Positions 45,004-55,657 are shown, numbered from the stretch's first letter. The stretch is DNA of 64,000 nt from Longimicrobiales bacterium (GCA_965248195.1 CBDFIQ010000002.1:3040001-3104000); one strand, 5' to 3'. The notes: generated by a model not told the origin, from the letters alone. A program made the numbers and translations.

Positions 45004-46833
45004 TTAATCCCTATGACCAAGCCTTTCGCGGACTGCCCGGAAGCGGGGCTCGTCCAAGACCGGATGAGAATAGGCGTTCGACTTTATGTGCGTCACGCTG
45101 AAATAGCCTACATAGGGCTCGGGGCTATCGGCGGCCGTATTCAGCCAATGAAGCGCTTGCTCATCGTCGCCCAACGCCAGGTAGCCCGTTACCCAGGCAG
45201 CGCTCGGAATACGGTGGATCTTCGCCGTCTCTTCTAGCCGATGAAAAATTCTTTCTGCGTCTTCCCGATGCCCACATCGCGAATAGTTAAACGCCAACTC
45301 ACCCAGAAAGACGGGATTGACATCGTCGCGCAGGAGTTGCTCGGCAATCTGAGTGTGCATTAACGTCTCGGCACGGTTGCCTTGAGCGAACCCCTGAATC
45401 CCGAGCATGAGATGCGCGACACCAAATGTCGGGGACAGCTCCACCGCACGGCGCTGCCCATCAATGGCTGCGTCGTGATCGCCACTGTGCATGTATATGA
45501 CAGCCATCCAAGAGTGTCCGAAAGCACTGTTCGGATCGAGTGTTATCGCCCGTTCCCCGAGCTCGATCGCCTCCTCCGTACGGCCGATAAGCGCACAGAA
45601 GACGGCGTAGTCCATAAGCACTTCGGGATCGTTTGGACTGAGCCGCAATGCGTGGCCGTAAGCTTCCCGAGCGTCCGATCCACGCCAGTTGAACTGATGG
45701 ATTCGGGCGAGGGCACCGTGCGCGGCCCCCGCGCTGGGGTCGAGCTCCAAGGCTTGCCGCAGATCCCCGAGAGCGAGACCCTCCAGCTCGGCACGGCGAC
45801 TGGCGTAATTCTCATGGATTCCCGGATCCTGGTTTAGCTGGGACAGATAGATACGCGCCCGCTCGACATACGCCATCGCGAAGTCAGGATCGAACGCTAT
45901 CGCCTGGTCCAGGTAGGATCGACTGCTCGAGCGCAGCTCTGGATGCCCGCCCACTACACCCCCGTGTTCCTGGAGGATCGCCAGCGCCCGCAAGTAAAGG
46001 GCATAAGCCTCAGGTGACTTCGTGGGCGGCTTCTCTATGCTTTCTTTCTCAGCCACGGAGAACTCCGTCTCGAGCGCCTCGGCGATCTTCCGGGCCACAT
46101 CTGCCTGGATCGCGAAGATATCAGCGAGATCCCGCTCGTAGACCTCCGACCACAGGTGATCTTGCGTCGCCGCATCGATCAGCTGCGCCGTCACGCGCAC
46201 ACGCTCTCCCGCATATCGTACGCTTCCCTCCATGACCGTGCCGACCCCGAGCTCTGCGGCGATCTCGGCTATCGACTTGTCTGTGTCACGGTACTTCTTG
46301 ACCGAAGTGCGGGCGATGACACTGAGGTCCTTGATCTTCGTCAGGCAATTGAGGATCTCCTCATGAATGCCGGCCGCGAAATACGCGTCGTCCGGGTTGG
46401 GGCTCAGGTTCTCCAAGGGCAGGACTGCCACCGAGTTGCGAAGAATTTCCGGCCGTGGTCTTATCGATTCTGCACGCGGACTTGGTGCCGTTCGCTCGGG
46501 GCTCGGCGCCGGCTGTTGGGGACTCGGTGCCGGCCGCTCGATGCTCGGCGCCGGCTGCTGAGGCGTGCCGAGGGAGACGCCGGTTTCCGCGACCGCATCA
46601 CTGGCCGGTGTACGAACCACCCCTGTGGGCGTGAGATCGAACGCCCAGGCGAGAACCACGGCGATAGGGAGCCCTACCGCGAGCAGAACGATCATGACCG
46701 TATCGAACCAGGCCGGTAAATTCAGCGGATCGTTTACGACATCAATGATCTGAATGAGCAGCCAAGCCACCACCGTATAGACGGCGGCGACCTGAAAGAC
46801 TTTGCGTCTCTTGATTTCCCCCAGAAAAGACAA
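45004..46833 (-). CDS. Membrane-anchored TolB-N/TPR repeat protein
   Basis: MSFLGEIKRRKVFQVAAVY with two TMs; Pro-rich repeat linker; SVAVLPLENLS...GSVR...RVTAQLIDA; TPR helices (AIAFDPDFA, ALELDP). Confidence 0.9.
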   Translation of the reverse strand: MSFLGEIKRRKVFQVAAVYTVVAWLLIQIIDVVNDPLNLPAWFDTVMIVLLAVGLPIAVVLAWAFDLTPTGVVRTPASDAVAETGVSLGTPQQPAPSIERPAPSPQQPAPSPERTAPSPRAESIRPRPEILRNSVAVLPLENLSPNPDDAYFAAGIHEEILNCLTKIKDLSVIARTSVKKYRDTDKSIAEIAAELGVGTVMEGSVRYAGERVRVTAQLIDAATQDHLWSEVYERDLADIFAIQADVARKIAEALETEFSVAEKESIEKPPTKSPEAYALYLRALAILQEHGGVVGGHPELRSSSRSYLDQAIAFDPDFAMAYVERARIYLSQLNQDPGIHENYASRRAELEGLALGDLRQALELDPSAGAAHGALARIHQFNWRGSDAREAYGHALRLSPNDPEVLMDYAVFCALIGRTEEAIELGERAITLDPNSAFGHSWMAVIYMHSGDHDAAIDGQRRAVELSPTFGVAHLMLGIQGFAQGNRAETLMHTQIAEQLLRDDVNPVFLGELAFNYSRCGHREDAERIFHRLEETAKIHRIPSAAWVTGYLALGDDEQALHWLNTAADSPEPYVGYFSVTHIKSNAYSHPVLDEPRFRAVRERLGHRD

Positions 46834-46864
46834 ACTCGCTCCAGATTATTGATGCACAGTGGGC

Positions 46865-48688
46865 TCAGTTTCCGCTCGGCAGTGCGAACACGAACAAGTC
46901 GGTGCCCCTGCTCGGACGGAGCTCGGGTGTCAGATTCATCGATCCCGCACCAGTGTTGACCGCCACGTACTGGCGCCCGTCGACGGCGAAGGTGATCGGA
47001 TAGCCGCTGACCGAAGAGCCGAGATTGATCTCCCATAACACCTCGCCCGTCTCATCGTCGAAGGCGCGAAAGCGCCCGTTCGAATCGCCACCGAAGATGA
47101 GCCCACCGCCGGTCGCCACGAGAGACATCGTGCCTGCCCGCGTCTCGTAGAGCCACGACGTCTCGCCGGTCTCCACCGAGATGGCTCGGACGGTCCCGAG
47201 GTTGTCGGTGCCGGGCGCGACCTGGTGGCGCGCTGCCAGCGAATAGATGGCGAGGCCACCTTGCCCGCCGCGCGTCAGGGTCTGTGCCCGGACGCTCTCG
47301 AAGTCGGCCGTGGCCAACATTTGCGCGCAGGTGTTGCGCAGGGGGTAGTACATCGTGCGCGTCCGCGGGCTGTAGGCGCCGGCCTCCCAGTCTTTGCCGC
47401 CGGCCCAGGTGGGGCAGACGAACACCTCCTGCTCCGCCTCCCTGAAGACGACTTCCGCGTTTACTGTCACGGCTCCCGTCGCTCCGTCGATATCGTCGAT
47501 CACGTTCTGCCGGACCGTGGGAGTGGCCCAGAGAAACTCACCGGTCTCGCGATCGAGGGTGTAGACCAATCCGGTCTTGCCGGGAATACCGGTTATCACC
47601 TTGCGGACCTCTCCCGGTTGGAGCCGCGGGTTGATCCAGCGTACGGCCTCCGGGTCGGGCGCGACGGGCGTGTCGACGAGGAGCCGCTCGAAGGGATGGT
47701 CCAGGTCCCAGTGGTCGTTCAGGTGCTGGTAGTACCACCGGATCTCGCCGGTGTCGACCTCGAGTGCGAGCGTGGAGTTGTGGTAGAGGTGTGTGTTTTC
47801 GGTGCCGCCCAGGTAGAACTTCGGCGCCGGCGAGGTGACCGACGTGCCCATGTAGATCAGTTCCAACTCGGGATCGTAGCTCGGGACCATCCAGGCACCC
47901 ACGTGTTGCCGCCCCTCGAAGGGAACGTCGCCCCATGTCTCGTCGCCCGGCTCTCCCGGGGCCGGAATGAGACGTCGTCGCCACAGCTCTGCGCCCGTCA
48001 ATGCATCGTGGGCGGCGATGATACAGGCGTTCGGTCCACCCCACGGCCGGCAGCTACGCCCCGAGATGACCCGTCCGTCCGCGATGATCGGGCCCGAGCT
48101 GTGCGTGGCCGAGTTGACCTGGTAATCGAAGATCTGCGTTTCCCAAACGGTCTCACCGGTCAGGGCGTCGAGCGCGAACACGAAGTTGTCGTCGCTGGTG
48201 TTGATGATCATCCGGTCGTAGATGGCAACGTTGCGATTGTTGCGGGCATTGCCCCCGACGAGGCCGTAGAGGTCCTCCGGTAAATCGCGGCCATACTCCC
48301 ATATGAGGTCGCCGGTCGTAGCGTCGAGCGCCTGAATGACGTCCTCCGCCTGGGGCACGTAGAGGACGCCACCGTATGCCAACGGCGTGATCTCACCGGT
48401 TCGAGCCGCCAGGCTTCGCGTCCAGACCATCCGGAGCTCGCCGACGTTCTCCCGATTGACCTGATCGAGCGGGCTGTAGCCCCAACTGTCGAGCGTCCGG
48501 CGCCACATGAGCCAGTCCCCCGGTGCCGGGTCCTGGAGCATCGCGTCTGTAACGGGGACGAAATCATCGGATGACTGCACTTGAGCCGTAGCCGTGGACG
48601 ATGCCAGGAACAACAACACCGCGCATAGCGTGACCCGAACGCACACTGCGACCCGAACGCACGCTGCGAAAGGAGACTTTCTAAGCAT
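46865..48688 (-). CDS. PQQ-binding beta-propeller dehydrogenase family protein
   Basis: DWLMWRRT...YSPLDQVNRENV, ALDATTG..IWEY repeats, WYYQHL.DHWDLD, GEVLWE, PITFAVDGRQYVAV. Confidence 0.9.
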   Translation of the reverse strand: MLRKSPFAACVRVAVCVRVTLCAVLLFLASSTATAQVQSSDDFVPVTDAMLQDPAPGDWLMWRRTLDSWGYSPLDQVNRENVGELRMVWTRSLAARTGEITPLAYGGVLYVPQAEDVIQALDATTGDLIWEYGRDLPEDLYGLVGGNARNNRNVAIYDRMIINTSDDNFVFALDALTGETVWETQIFDYQVNSATHSSGPIIADGRVISGRSCRPWGGPNACIIAAHDALTGAELWRRRLIPAPGEPGDETWGDVPFEGRQHVGAWMVPSYDPELELIYMGTSVTSPAPKFYLGGTENTHLYHNSTLALEVDTGEIRWYYQHLNDHWDLDHPFERLLVDTPVAPDPEAVRWINPRLQPGEVRKVITGIPGKTGLVYTLDRETGEFLWATPTVRQNVIDDIDGATGAVTVNAEVVFREAEQEVFVCPTWAGGKDWEAGAYSPRTRTMYYPLRNTCAQMLATADFESVRAQTLTRGGQGGLAIYSLAARHQVAPGTDNLGTVRAISVETGETSWLYETRAGTMSLVATGGGLIFGGDSNGRFRAFDDETGEVLWEINLGSSVSGYPITFAVDGRQYVAVNTGAGSMNLTPELRPSRGTDLFVFALPSGN

Positions 48689-48765
48689 TTCAGGACTCCC
48701 AAGCCGGAGGTTCCAACGGCCATCTGATGACGACGGATAGGCGATAATAGGTGGCGGGCCCTGAT

Positions 48766-48817
48766 CGAGGAAGCGTATGACACCGAGGAAGCGCATGACA
48801 CCGAGGAAGCGTATGAC
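48766..48817. repeat. Three tandem 18-bp units CGAGGAAGCGYATGACAC
   Basis: Units at 48766, 48784, 48802 with one internal mismatch; immediately after the GT4 stop codon. Confidence 0.92.
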
Positions 48818-48819
48818 GT

Positions 48820-50241
48820 TTACCGGATGAGGTGCCCGTATACCTCGGTGTACCGATGGGCGATCTCCTTCCAGTCGTACTCGCCACGGACGAGCGCCAG
48901 TGCGTTTATGCCGCGGCGTTTTCGTTCTGTCTCGTTCATTAGCGCCTGGTGCAGCGTCGCCGCCAAGGAATCCAGATCGTCGACTTCGCAAAGCCAGCCG
49001 TTCGCACGCGGTCCGGTTTCGACGACGAAATCGAGGGGCCCGCCGCTTCGGGTCGCGATCACTGGAACTCCCGTCGCCATCGCCTCGATGTAGACCTGGC
49101 CAAACGGTTCGTTGTAGGAGGGTGCGACCAAAACGTCGGCGAGGTTGAGTCCTCGAGAAAGAACATCGTGCGGCAACCACCCGCAGAAAAACACGTTCGG
49201 CAAGTCGAGGGAGCGGGCGACCGTATGAGGATGCTCGCCTTCCCATTCACCGGGCATGCCTCCCCAGACGAGCAGGTTGAACGGGGGGTGACTGTTGCTG
49301 TCGAACGATTGGTTGACCCGCGAGACGGCCTCGAGCAACAACGGAACGCGTTTGAAATCGAGAAAGCGACCCACGAATATCAGAAGCGGCTTCAAATCGC
49401 CTGATTCGTCTTTGAGCCTCTCGATGTCGGACTCGTCGTAGCGCACGTTCCCCGGGACACCGCCTTCGTCCCAGCCCTGAGGCTCCTCCACCAGGATCTT
49501 GCGGAGAAAACTCCATTTTTCGTCTTTGGACCAATTCAGCGGCTGGAACAGAGACGTGTCCACGCCATTCGGGATCGTGGTGATGTGGTTCTCGTCGATC
49601 GCGAGGCGTGCGATCGCCCGCTCACGAATGTCCGGGCTGATAGCGGCAAAGTGGTTCGTTATGTCGACTGCGTCGCTCAGGATGCCACGCCCAACGTGGT
49701 CCAGCTCATCGGGGCTACCAACTTCCCTGCTCAGCTCGTCGAGACGCTCCAGCATCTTGATCTCCGTCCCATGCAGTTGCGTCAGCTTGGGCACCGAGGG
49801 AAAGAGTTGCGCCGCGGCACCATGCGCGTGAGTGAGATGGTGGAGGTGGAGAAGGTCGGGCTGGAAGCGCTCTCTCACGTCTTCGAATACTCCGGTCCAG
49901 CACCGCAACAATGCTACATACTCGGCGTCCGTCAGCTTGTAGAAAACACGGTCGGGTACGCCGGATTTGTCTTCATAGCTCGGGTGAAACGGGATTTTCC
50001 AACCGTCGGATAGCGGATCTTCACCCTGTTCGAACCCGCGCCACGCGTCGGTATAATCGACCAAGGTCAGTGGGATTTCACCGAAAAAAAAGTTAGCGTC
50101 GTGTTGCGGGTCGCCGTCGTCCAGCGTGCCGGTGATCAGACGCACTTCGTGGCCCATCTGAATCAGGGCGGTCGACAGATAGCGGGCCACCTGCGCGCTT
50201 CCCCCCCTCGGATAGAAGATGAGGCTCATCAGGATTTTCAT
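48820..50241 (-). CDS. Glycosyltransferase family 4
   Basis: MKILMSLIFYPRGGSAQV, IPNGVD, FVGRFLDFKR, EPFGQVYIEAMATGVPVIATRSGGP. Confidence 0.92.
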   Translation of the reverse strand: MKILMSLIFYPRGGSAQVARYLSTALIQMGHEVRLITGTLDDGDPQHDANFFFGEIPLTLVDYTDAWRGFEQGEDPLSDGWKIPFHPSYEDKSGVPDRVFYKLTDAEYVALLRCWTGVFEDVRERFQPDLLHLHHLTHAHGAAAQLFPSVPKLTQLHGTEIKMLERLDELSREVGSPDELDHVGRGILSDAVDITNHFAAISPDIRERAIARLAIDENHITTIPNGVDTSLFQPLNWSKDEKWSFLRKILVEEPQGWDEGGVPGNVRYDESDIERLKDESGDLKPLLIFVGRFLDFKRVPLLLEAVSRVNQSFDSNSHPPFNLLVWGGMPGEWEGEHPHTVARSLDLPNVFFCGWLPHDVLSRGLNLADVLVAPSYNEPFGQVYIEAMATGVPVIATRSGGPLDFVVETGPRANGWLCEVDDLDSLAATLHQALMNETERKRRGINALALVRGEYDWKEIAHRYTEVYGHLIR

Positions 50242-50245
50242 GAGA

Positions 50246-51289
50246 TCAATCGAAACGGATCGCCTCGAGGATGCGTTCGACGGTGTGATAATCGACCCCC
50301 CCGAACTCCAGGCGTTGGCCCTCTTCGTCGCTGGAAAAAACCACCTCGCCCAGCACCTCGAGGCCGCCGATCGTGCCCGACAGCTCCGGGGATCGTGATC
50401 GCAGTTGGTGGCGGGGAACGAAAAACAGCTCCAAATTTTTTTGGATGTCGTCGAAGGTCGCCACGATATTGGCTGAGATCGATGATTCTTGATGCCCGTT
50501 TTGCACCCTCCAGGCTCGAATCCATCGAGAAGCTGATTCGACGACCTCTTCAAGGTCGCCGCGCCAATACACGACGGCGATCGGATAATTATCGATCGCG
50601 CCGTGGGTTTCTATCCCCGACTTCCGTGCCGCGACCTCCAGTGGAAACGGGGCGTCGGACGCCGGCCTCTTGAAGAACTGGAAATGGAGATGACCGGGGA
50701 TGGAGGCGCCTGCGCCTGCGCCGTTATAATAACCCAGGAATCCCGGCAGCCTCCGCGCAAGCGTAACCAGATCTTTGAGGATCTCCTCGATACTCAGACA
50801 TACGTTCGCCGCGCTGTTGGTGCACCAAGCCTGTGGAATATGGTCGTCGCTGGCGATTACGCAGTGCAGCGGCATCAAAGGGTAAGCGTTCATCCAGGCG
50901 ATGTAGCGGGTGGAGTCGACGTCGATCTCATATCCCAATTCCACGCCGCTTTGTTGCCACTGGATGTTATCCCGGCAAAGAAAGCAGCCGTTGTGTTTTA
51001 CGCCGGTGCCGGACGGAGGCGTCGAACCGCCAGCGCCCTCAAATCGCAGCGCCCGTACCGGGTTGTACTGGACGAAAAAAAAGCGCGTCGGGTCCTCGGG
51101 GTGGGCGAAGCGATAACGACGCACCGATTGCAGGTCATCCTTGATAAATCCCTGATCGCGCTGTTGATTTCTGAGCGCCTCCAGGGCGGCAGCAAGCCCG
51201 CCATCGGTTCGCTCGATTTCCCTGAGTCGCCGGTTCAGGTCCGTCCAAATCTCGGAGTATTTCTTTTTGTTCGACTCAGAGGGCGACAT
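50246..51289 (-). CDS. HIT-superfamily nucleotidyltransferase/phosphorylase (DUF4922 / VTC2-like)
   Basis: VQYNPVRA, CFLC, NAYP, HIPQ, GYYNG.GAGASIPGHLHFQ. Confidence 0.75.
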   Translation of the reverse strand: MSPSESNKKKYSEIWTDLNRRLREIERTDGGLAAALEALRNQQRDQGFIKDDLQSVRRYRFAHPEDPTRFFFVQYNPVRALRFEGAGGSTPPSGTGVKHNGCFLCRDNIQWQQSGVELGYEIDVDSTRYIAWMNAYPLMPLHCVIASDDHIPQAWCTNSAANVCLSIEEILKDLVTLARRLPGFLGYYNGAGAGASIPGHLHFQFFKRPASDAPFPLEVAARKSGIETHGAIDNYPIAVVYWRGDLEEVVESASRWIRAWRVQNGHQESSISANIVATFDDIQKNLELFFVPRHQLRSRSPELSGTIGGLEVLGEVVFSSDEEGQRLEFGGVDYHTVERILEAIRFD

Positions 51290-51441
51290 GACTTCGATCC
51301 TGGTACTTGAACGCGGGGATTGACCGACTTTCAAAGGTCCTGCTTCTACGTGAATCTTATCTTAGCTATTTCTAGAAGTGACGGGGGTTTGCGAACAAAG
51401 CACGAAGTCGCCCGGGTGGAAACGACAGGCGGGATGCGATA

Positions 51442-52101
51442 ATGCTAGGTGATTCCATTGTCGTGGAAAAGCACCACCTCGAAGCGGCAGCCGGAATCGT
51501 CGAAATCGTATTGCCGTTGATCGAGCGACACCCCGGAAAGTACACCATCTCCATCGCTGGAGAGTCCGGCAGCGGCAAGTCAGAAACGGCGACGGCGCTC
51601 GCCGCCGCTTTGATCACCTCTGGAAAATCCTGCCTGATTCTTCAGCAGGACGATTATTTCGTCCATCCCCCGAAGACCAACGACCAAACCCGCCGCGAGG
51701 ATATCGGCCGGGTAGGCCCGCAGGAGGTGCACCTGGATCTCCTGGATGCCCATCTGCAATCCTTCCGGGAAGGATTTTCGGTCATCGAGAAACCCCTCGT
51801 CATCTACGAGGAGAACCGCGTCACGACGGAGCGCTTCGATTTCGGCGACAGCCAGGTTCTGATAGCCGAAGGCACCTACACGACGACCTTGTCGAACGTG
51901 AATACCCATGTTTTTATCGACCGCGACTACCGCGAAACCCGTTCCCATCGTGACAAACGGCGGCGCAGTGACGCCGAGTTGGACCCGTTTATCGAGAGGG
52001 TCTTGGCCATCGAGCACGAGATCATCTCGGCACACAAGGCAATGGCGCAGCTAATCGTCAACAAGGACTACTTCGTGCGACAACAGGCCGGATCGGGCTG
52101 A
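51442..52101 (+). CDS. Uridine kinase/phosphoribulokinase-like P-loop kinase
   Basis: ISIAGESGSGKS Walker A, QDDYF, LIAEGTY. Confidence 0.8.
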   Translation: MLGDSIVVEKHHLEAAAGIVEIVLPLIERHPGKYTISIAGESGSGKSETATALAAALITSGKSCLILQQDDYFVHPPKTNDQTRREDIGRVGPQEVHLDLLDAHLQSFREGFSVIEKPLVIYEENRVTTERFDFGDSQVLIAEGTYTTTLSNVNTHVFIDRDYRETRSHRDKRRRSDAELDPFIERVLAIEHEIISAHKAMAQLIVNKDYFVRQQAGSG

Positions 52102-52108
52102 TCGGTCC

Positions 52109-53452
52109 ATGCGCGTCGCTTTTCTCAATCCCCAGGGTAATTTCGATCCGGCGGATTCGTACTGGGCCGGCCATCCGGACTTCGGGGGGCAGCTGGTCTA
52201 CGTAAAAGAAGTCGCTCTGGCCTTGGCCAAACTCGACGTTCAGGTGGACATCGTGACGCGCCGCATGCGCGATCCCGACTGGCCCGAGTTCTCCGGGGAC
52301 GTCGATTATTATGAAGGATTCCCAGACAATCCGAGAATTCTCCGTATCCCCTGCGGCGGCGATTCATTTCTCAACAAAGAGGCGCTCTGGCCCTGCCTGA
52401 GCGAGTTCGTCGACAACCTGCTGGAGCTTTACGGTGTTGACTCCCCCGATTTCATTACCGCCCACTATGCGGACGGCGGCTATTGCGCGGCGTTTCTGCA
52501 GAGCAAGACCGGTCTGGGCTTTTCCTTCACCGGACATTCGTTGGGAGCGCAGAAGATGGACAAGCTCGGCGTTAACCCTGAAAACGCCGCGAAAATGGAA
52601 AAGACCTTCCACTTTTCCAAGCGCATTCATGCCGAGCGGCTCAGCATGGAGCGGGCGTCGACCATCGTTACGTCCACCGGGCAGGAGCGGTTCGAGCAGT
52701 ATTCCCACCCGCTCTATGCAGGCGCGGTGGATGTCGCCGATGACGCACGGTTTGCCGTTATTCCCCCGGGAGTAAACACCCGGGTGTTCAGCATCGAAGA
52801 AAAAACGCGCGACGATGAGGTACTGGATCGGCTCCTCGGGCGAGTGGCAACGTCCCGGCAACCTTACGTCATCGTCTCGAGCCGTCTGGACGCCAAAAAA
52901 AATATTGCCGGCGTGGTCGACGCCTATGTGTCCAATAAAACGTTACAGGAGAGCGCCCGACTCGCGATCGTCATACGGAGCGTGGAAGACCCCTATGCGG
53001 ACATCTCGACGCTGCCCGAGTCGGAACGAGAAGTGCTGCGACCGATTCTGGAAACCATAAAGGGGGCGCAGCTGAGAAACAGTATCGACTTTCTCGATAT
53101 CCGGTCGCAACAGGATCTGGCCAGCGTCTACCGGGTTCTGGCGCGGCGGCGGTCGGTGTTTGCGCTGACCTCGTTTTATGAGCCGTTCGGTCTTGCTCCC
53201 ATCGAGGCGGCTGCCTGCGGGCTTGCGGTGGTCGCCACCCGAAACGGCGGGCCGTCAGAGATCTTCGTCGACGAGGCCGGAGTATTGGTGGACCCGACGG
53301 ATGTTGAGGATATCGCCCGGGGCTTACTCGAGGCTCTGGAGCATTACGAGCGCTTTGCCGAGCGGAGTCGAGACCGTGTGGCTGAGAAGTATACCTGGCA
53401 CGCCACGGCAGCCGGCTACCTGGAGGTGATCGAACGAGGCGCCGGGCTATAG
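52109..53452 (+). CDS. spsA: Sucrose-phosphate synthase (single GT4 domain, Halothermothrix-type)
   Basis: VAFLNPQGNFDPADSYW..HPDFGGQLVYVKE, HYADGG, FTGHSLGAQK, SSRLDAKKN, YEPFGLAPIEA; recalled similarity to H. orenii SPS. Confidence 0.85.
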   Translation: MRVAFLNPQGNFDPADSYWAGHPDFGGQLVYVKEVALALAKLDVQVDIVTRRMRDPDWPEFSGDVDYYEGFPDNPRILRIPCGGDSFLNKEALWPCLSEFVDNLLELYGVDSPDFITAHYADGGYCAAFLQSKTGLGFSFTGHSLGAQKMDKLGVNPENAAKMEKTFHFSKRIHAERLSMERASTIVTSTGQERFEQYSHPLYAGAVDVADDARFAVIPPGVNTRVFSIEEKTRDDEVLDRLLGRVATSRQPYVIVSSRLDAKKNIAGVVDAYVSNKTLQESARLAIVIRSVEDPYADISTLPESEREVLRPILETIKGAQLRNSIDFLDIRSQQDLASVYRVLARRRSVFALTSFYEPFGLAPIEAAACGLAVVATRNGGPSEIFVDEAGVLVDPTDVEDIARGLLEALEHYERFAERSRDRVAEKYTWHATAAGYLEVIERGAGL

Positions 53453-54748
53453 CCGGCTTTTTGGCTCGGTTCCGAACGGCAGGTACTCGCGAACCTGTCC
53501 GAGCATGTCCCGGCTGACGACAACGACGCCTTTCGACGTGCGATGAAAACGCCGTGCGTCCTCCTCCGCGTCCTCTCCGATCACGGTCCCCGCGGGAACG
53601 TGGCATCCGTTGTCCAGAAGGACGCTTTTAAGCCGCACGTTTTCTCCGATCCTGCATTCCGGAAGCGCGAGAACACCCTGCAGCTCACAGCCTGAGTCTA
53701 CCACGACCTTCGAGAACAAAAGAGATGCCTCCAGCGAAGACTCATGGATCAGGCACCCGCCGCTGACCATGCTGTTTACGGCGTAGCTCGATGCTTCGTC
53801 CTTGAAGCCGACAAAACTTGCCGGAGGCAGCTGCTCCTGGTGGGTCCAGATACGCCAATGGGGATCGTAGAGATTCAACTGAGGGGAAGCACCGATCAGC
53901 TCCATGTTCGCCTCGTAGTACGCGTCGAGCGTTCCTACATCCCGCCAATACACATCCTCGACGGTCGTTTGCTCGGCGAATGAGAAGGCCTGGGCGTGGT
54001 GGCCGTTAGCCACGGCATAGGGAATGAGGTCCTTGCCGAAGTCATGACTGGAGTCTTCCAGCTCCGCGTCGCGTCGCAGCTGCTCGGATAGGTATTCAAA
54101 CGAGAATACGTAAATACCCATACTGACCAGCGCCAGATTCGGATCTTCCGGCGTGCCGGAAGGGTGCTCCGGCTTCTCGTCAAAATCCGTTACAACAAAA
54201 CCGGAATCGACCGTCAAGACGCCAAACTCACTGGCCTCGCTCACCGGGACGGTGGTGCAGACGATGGTCAGGTCGGCATGTGAATCCACGTGTGCAGCAA
54301 GCAGCTCGCCGTAATCCATCTTGTATACGTGATCCCCGGCCAATACGAGAACGTGGTGGGGATGATGGGTTTCGACGATGTCCAGGCTTTGATATACGGC
54401 GTCGGCGGTTCCCTGAAACCAGGATTCTTCCGTCAGCCACTGCTGCGCCGGGATGATGTCGACAAACTGGCCCATCTCATAGTTGAACCTGCTCCATCCG
54501 GTAACGATATGACGGATGAGAGAATGCGATTTGTACTGGGTCAGAACGGCGACTTTCTGGATGCCCGAGTTGACACAATTGGACAACACGAAATCGATGA
54601 TCCGGAATTTTCCGCCAAAGGGTACCGCCGGCTTGGCTCGCCATTCGGTCAACATCTCGAGGCGGGAGCCGCGACCGCCGGCGAGGATAAGCGCGACGGT
54701 GTCGCGGGTGAGCCGGCTGACGAACCGGGAGTGTCTCGTGGGCGTCAC
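53447..54748 (-). CDS. glgC: Glucose-1-phosphate adenylyltransferase
   Basis: [66 protein letters not shown]. Confidence 0.97.
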   Translation of the reverse strand: MTPTRHSRFVSRLTRDTVALILAGGRGSRLEMLTEWRAKPAVPFGGKFRIIDFVLSNCVNSGIQKVAVLTQYKSHSLIRHIVTGWSRFNYEMGQFVDIIPAQQWLTEESWFQGTADAVYQSLDIVETHHPHHVLVLAGDHVYKMDYGELLAAHVDSHADLTIVCTTVPVSEASEFGVLTVDSGFVVTDFDEKPEHPSGTPEDPNLALVSMGIYVFSFEYLSEQLRRDAELEDSSHDFGKDLIPYAVANGHHAQAFSFAEQTTVEDVYWRDVGTLDAYYEANMELIGASPQLNLYDPHWRIWTHQEQLPPASFVGFKDEASSYAVNSMVSGGCLIHESSLEASLLFSKVVVDSGCELQGVLALPECRIGENVRLKSVLLDNGCHVPAGTVIGEDAEEDARRFHRTSKGVVVVSRDMLGQVREYLPFGTEPKSRL

Positions 54749-54814
54749 AAAGCGGGTGGCCTCGGCGCCCTCACGATCATTGTCTTCTTCATTGCCTAGC
54801 TCATGAACACACCA

Positions 54815-55657
54815 TCAGCACCCGCTAGCGGGCGCAGGTATCGGCGCCATCCCTGCGTTGCCCAACGCCGTCAAGTCACTTCCCGCAATCCCGACACTGC
54901 CGCAGATCGAGTTGTTGAGCAGTGTGGCACTGCTGCCGTCGACCTGCAAGTCACCCACGACGCGGCTAAACGAAATCCCAGCATTGCTTCCCGGGATCGA
55001 GAGACTGCCGGTGATCCGCGCCCCACGGATGCGATTGCCGCTGCCCTCTACGGTGACGTCGCCGTCGAGCGTGACACTTCCGCCCGTGGGGCCTTCTCCG
55101 AACAGGGTCACGTTGCTTCCCGAGAACTTGAGATCGCCAGTATAGGTGCCCGCACTGAAGAAAACGATCGTGTTGCTTTGGGACAGAGCATTATTGACCT
55201 CGTCGAGCGACATCGACGGGGTAATCTCCACCAACTGGCCGCCCAGCGCATACCCGACATCAGCCATCACGGCCACGGAACCGCCGTCGGACGCAATTGC
55301 CACCTCGCGCAGGTCCTGGTCCGCGATGTCGACGCCAACGTCGTTCCCACCCACCGAGAGCGTTTTGACCCCGGCCACGACCTGGCTCAACACCACGACG
55401 CCACTGGCATCGGTAGATCCCGTAGGGCCTCCCGCCACCAAGACGTTCACGCCCGACTGTGTGGTCCCAGGTGTCGGCACTCCCGCTTGGTTGTCGTCAT
55501 TCACGACCGGGTTGACGAGCACCACGAAGGTGGTCTCGCCGAGCGTGACTTCCGTGCCCGTGGGCTCCGTGCCCGTGTCGTCCCCACATGCAAGGGCGGC
55601 AACCAGGCATGTACTCAGCGCGGCGTGGCGACGCGCGAGGCTCTTCACTATAAACAT
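54815..55657 (-). CDS. Lipoprotein with beta-solenoid-like C-terminal domain
   Basis: Lipobox ALAC; repeated G-x-L/V-x-V/I-x-G-S-N units. Confidence 0.7.
   Translation of the reverse strand: MFIVKSLARRHAALSTCLVAALACGDDTGTEPTGTEVTLGETTFVVLVNPVVNDDNQAGVPTPGTTQSGVNVLVAGGPTGSTDASGVVVLSQVVAGVKTLSVGGNDVGVDIADQDLREVAIASDGGSVAVMADVGYALGGQLVEITPSMSLDEVNNALSQSNTIVFFSAGTYTGDLKFSGSNVTLFGEGPTGGSVTLDGDVTVEGSGNRIRGARITGSLSIPGSNAGISFSRVVGDLQVDGSSATLLNNSICGSVGIAGSDLTALGNAGMAPIPAPASGC

Noticed and set aside
46865..49246. 793-aa version of the PQQ ORF and an XoxF/MxaF/ExaA assignment
   Set aside because: The extension overlaps the GT4 gene and a signal peptide begins at 48688; the vicinal Cys-Cys of methanol/ethanol dehydrogenases is not seen.
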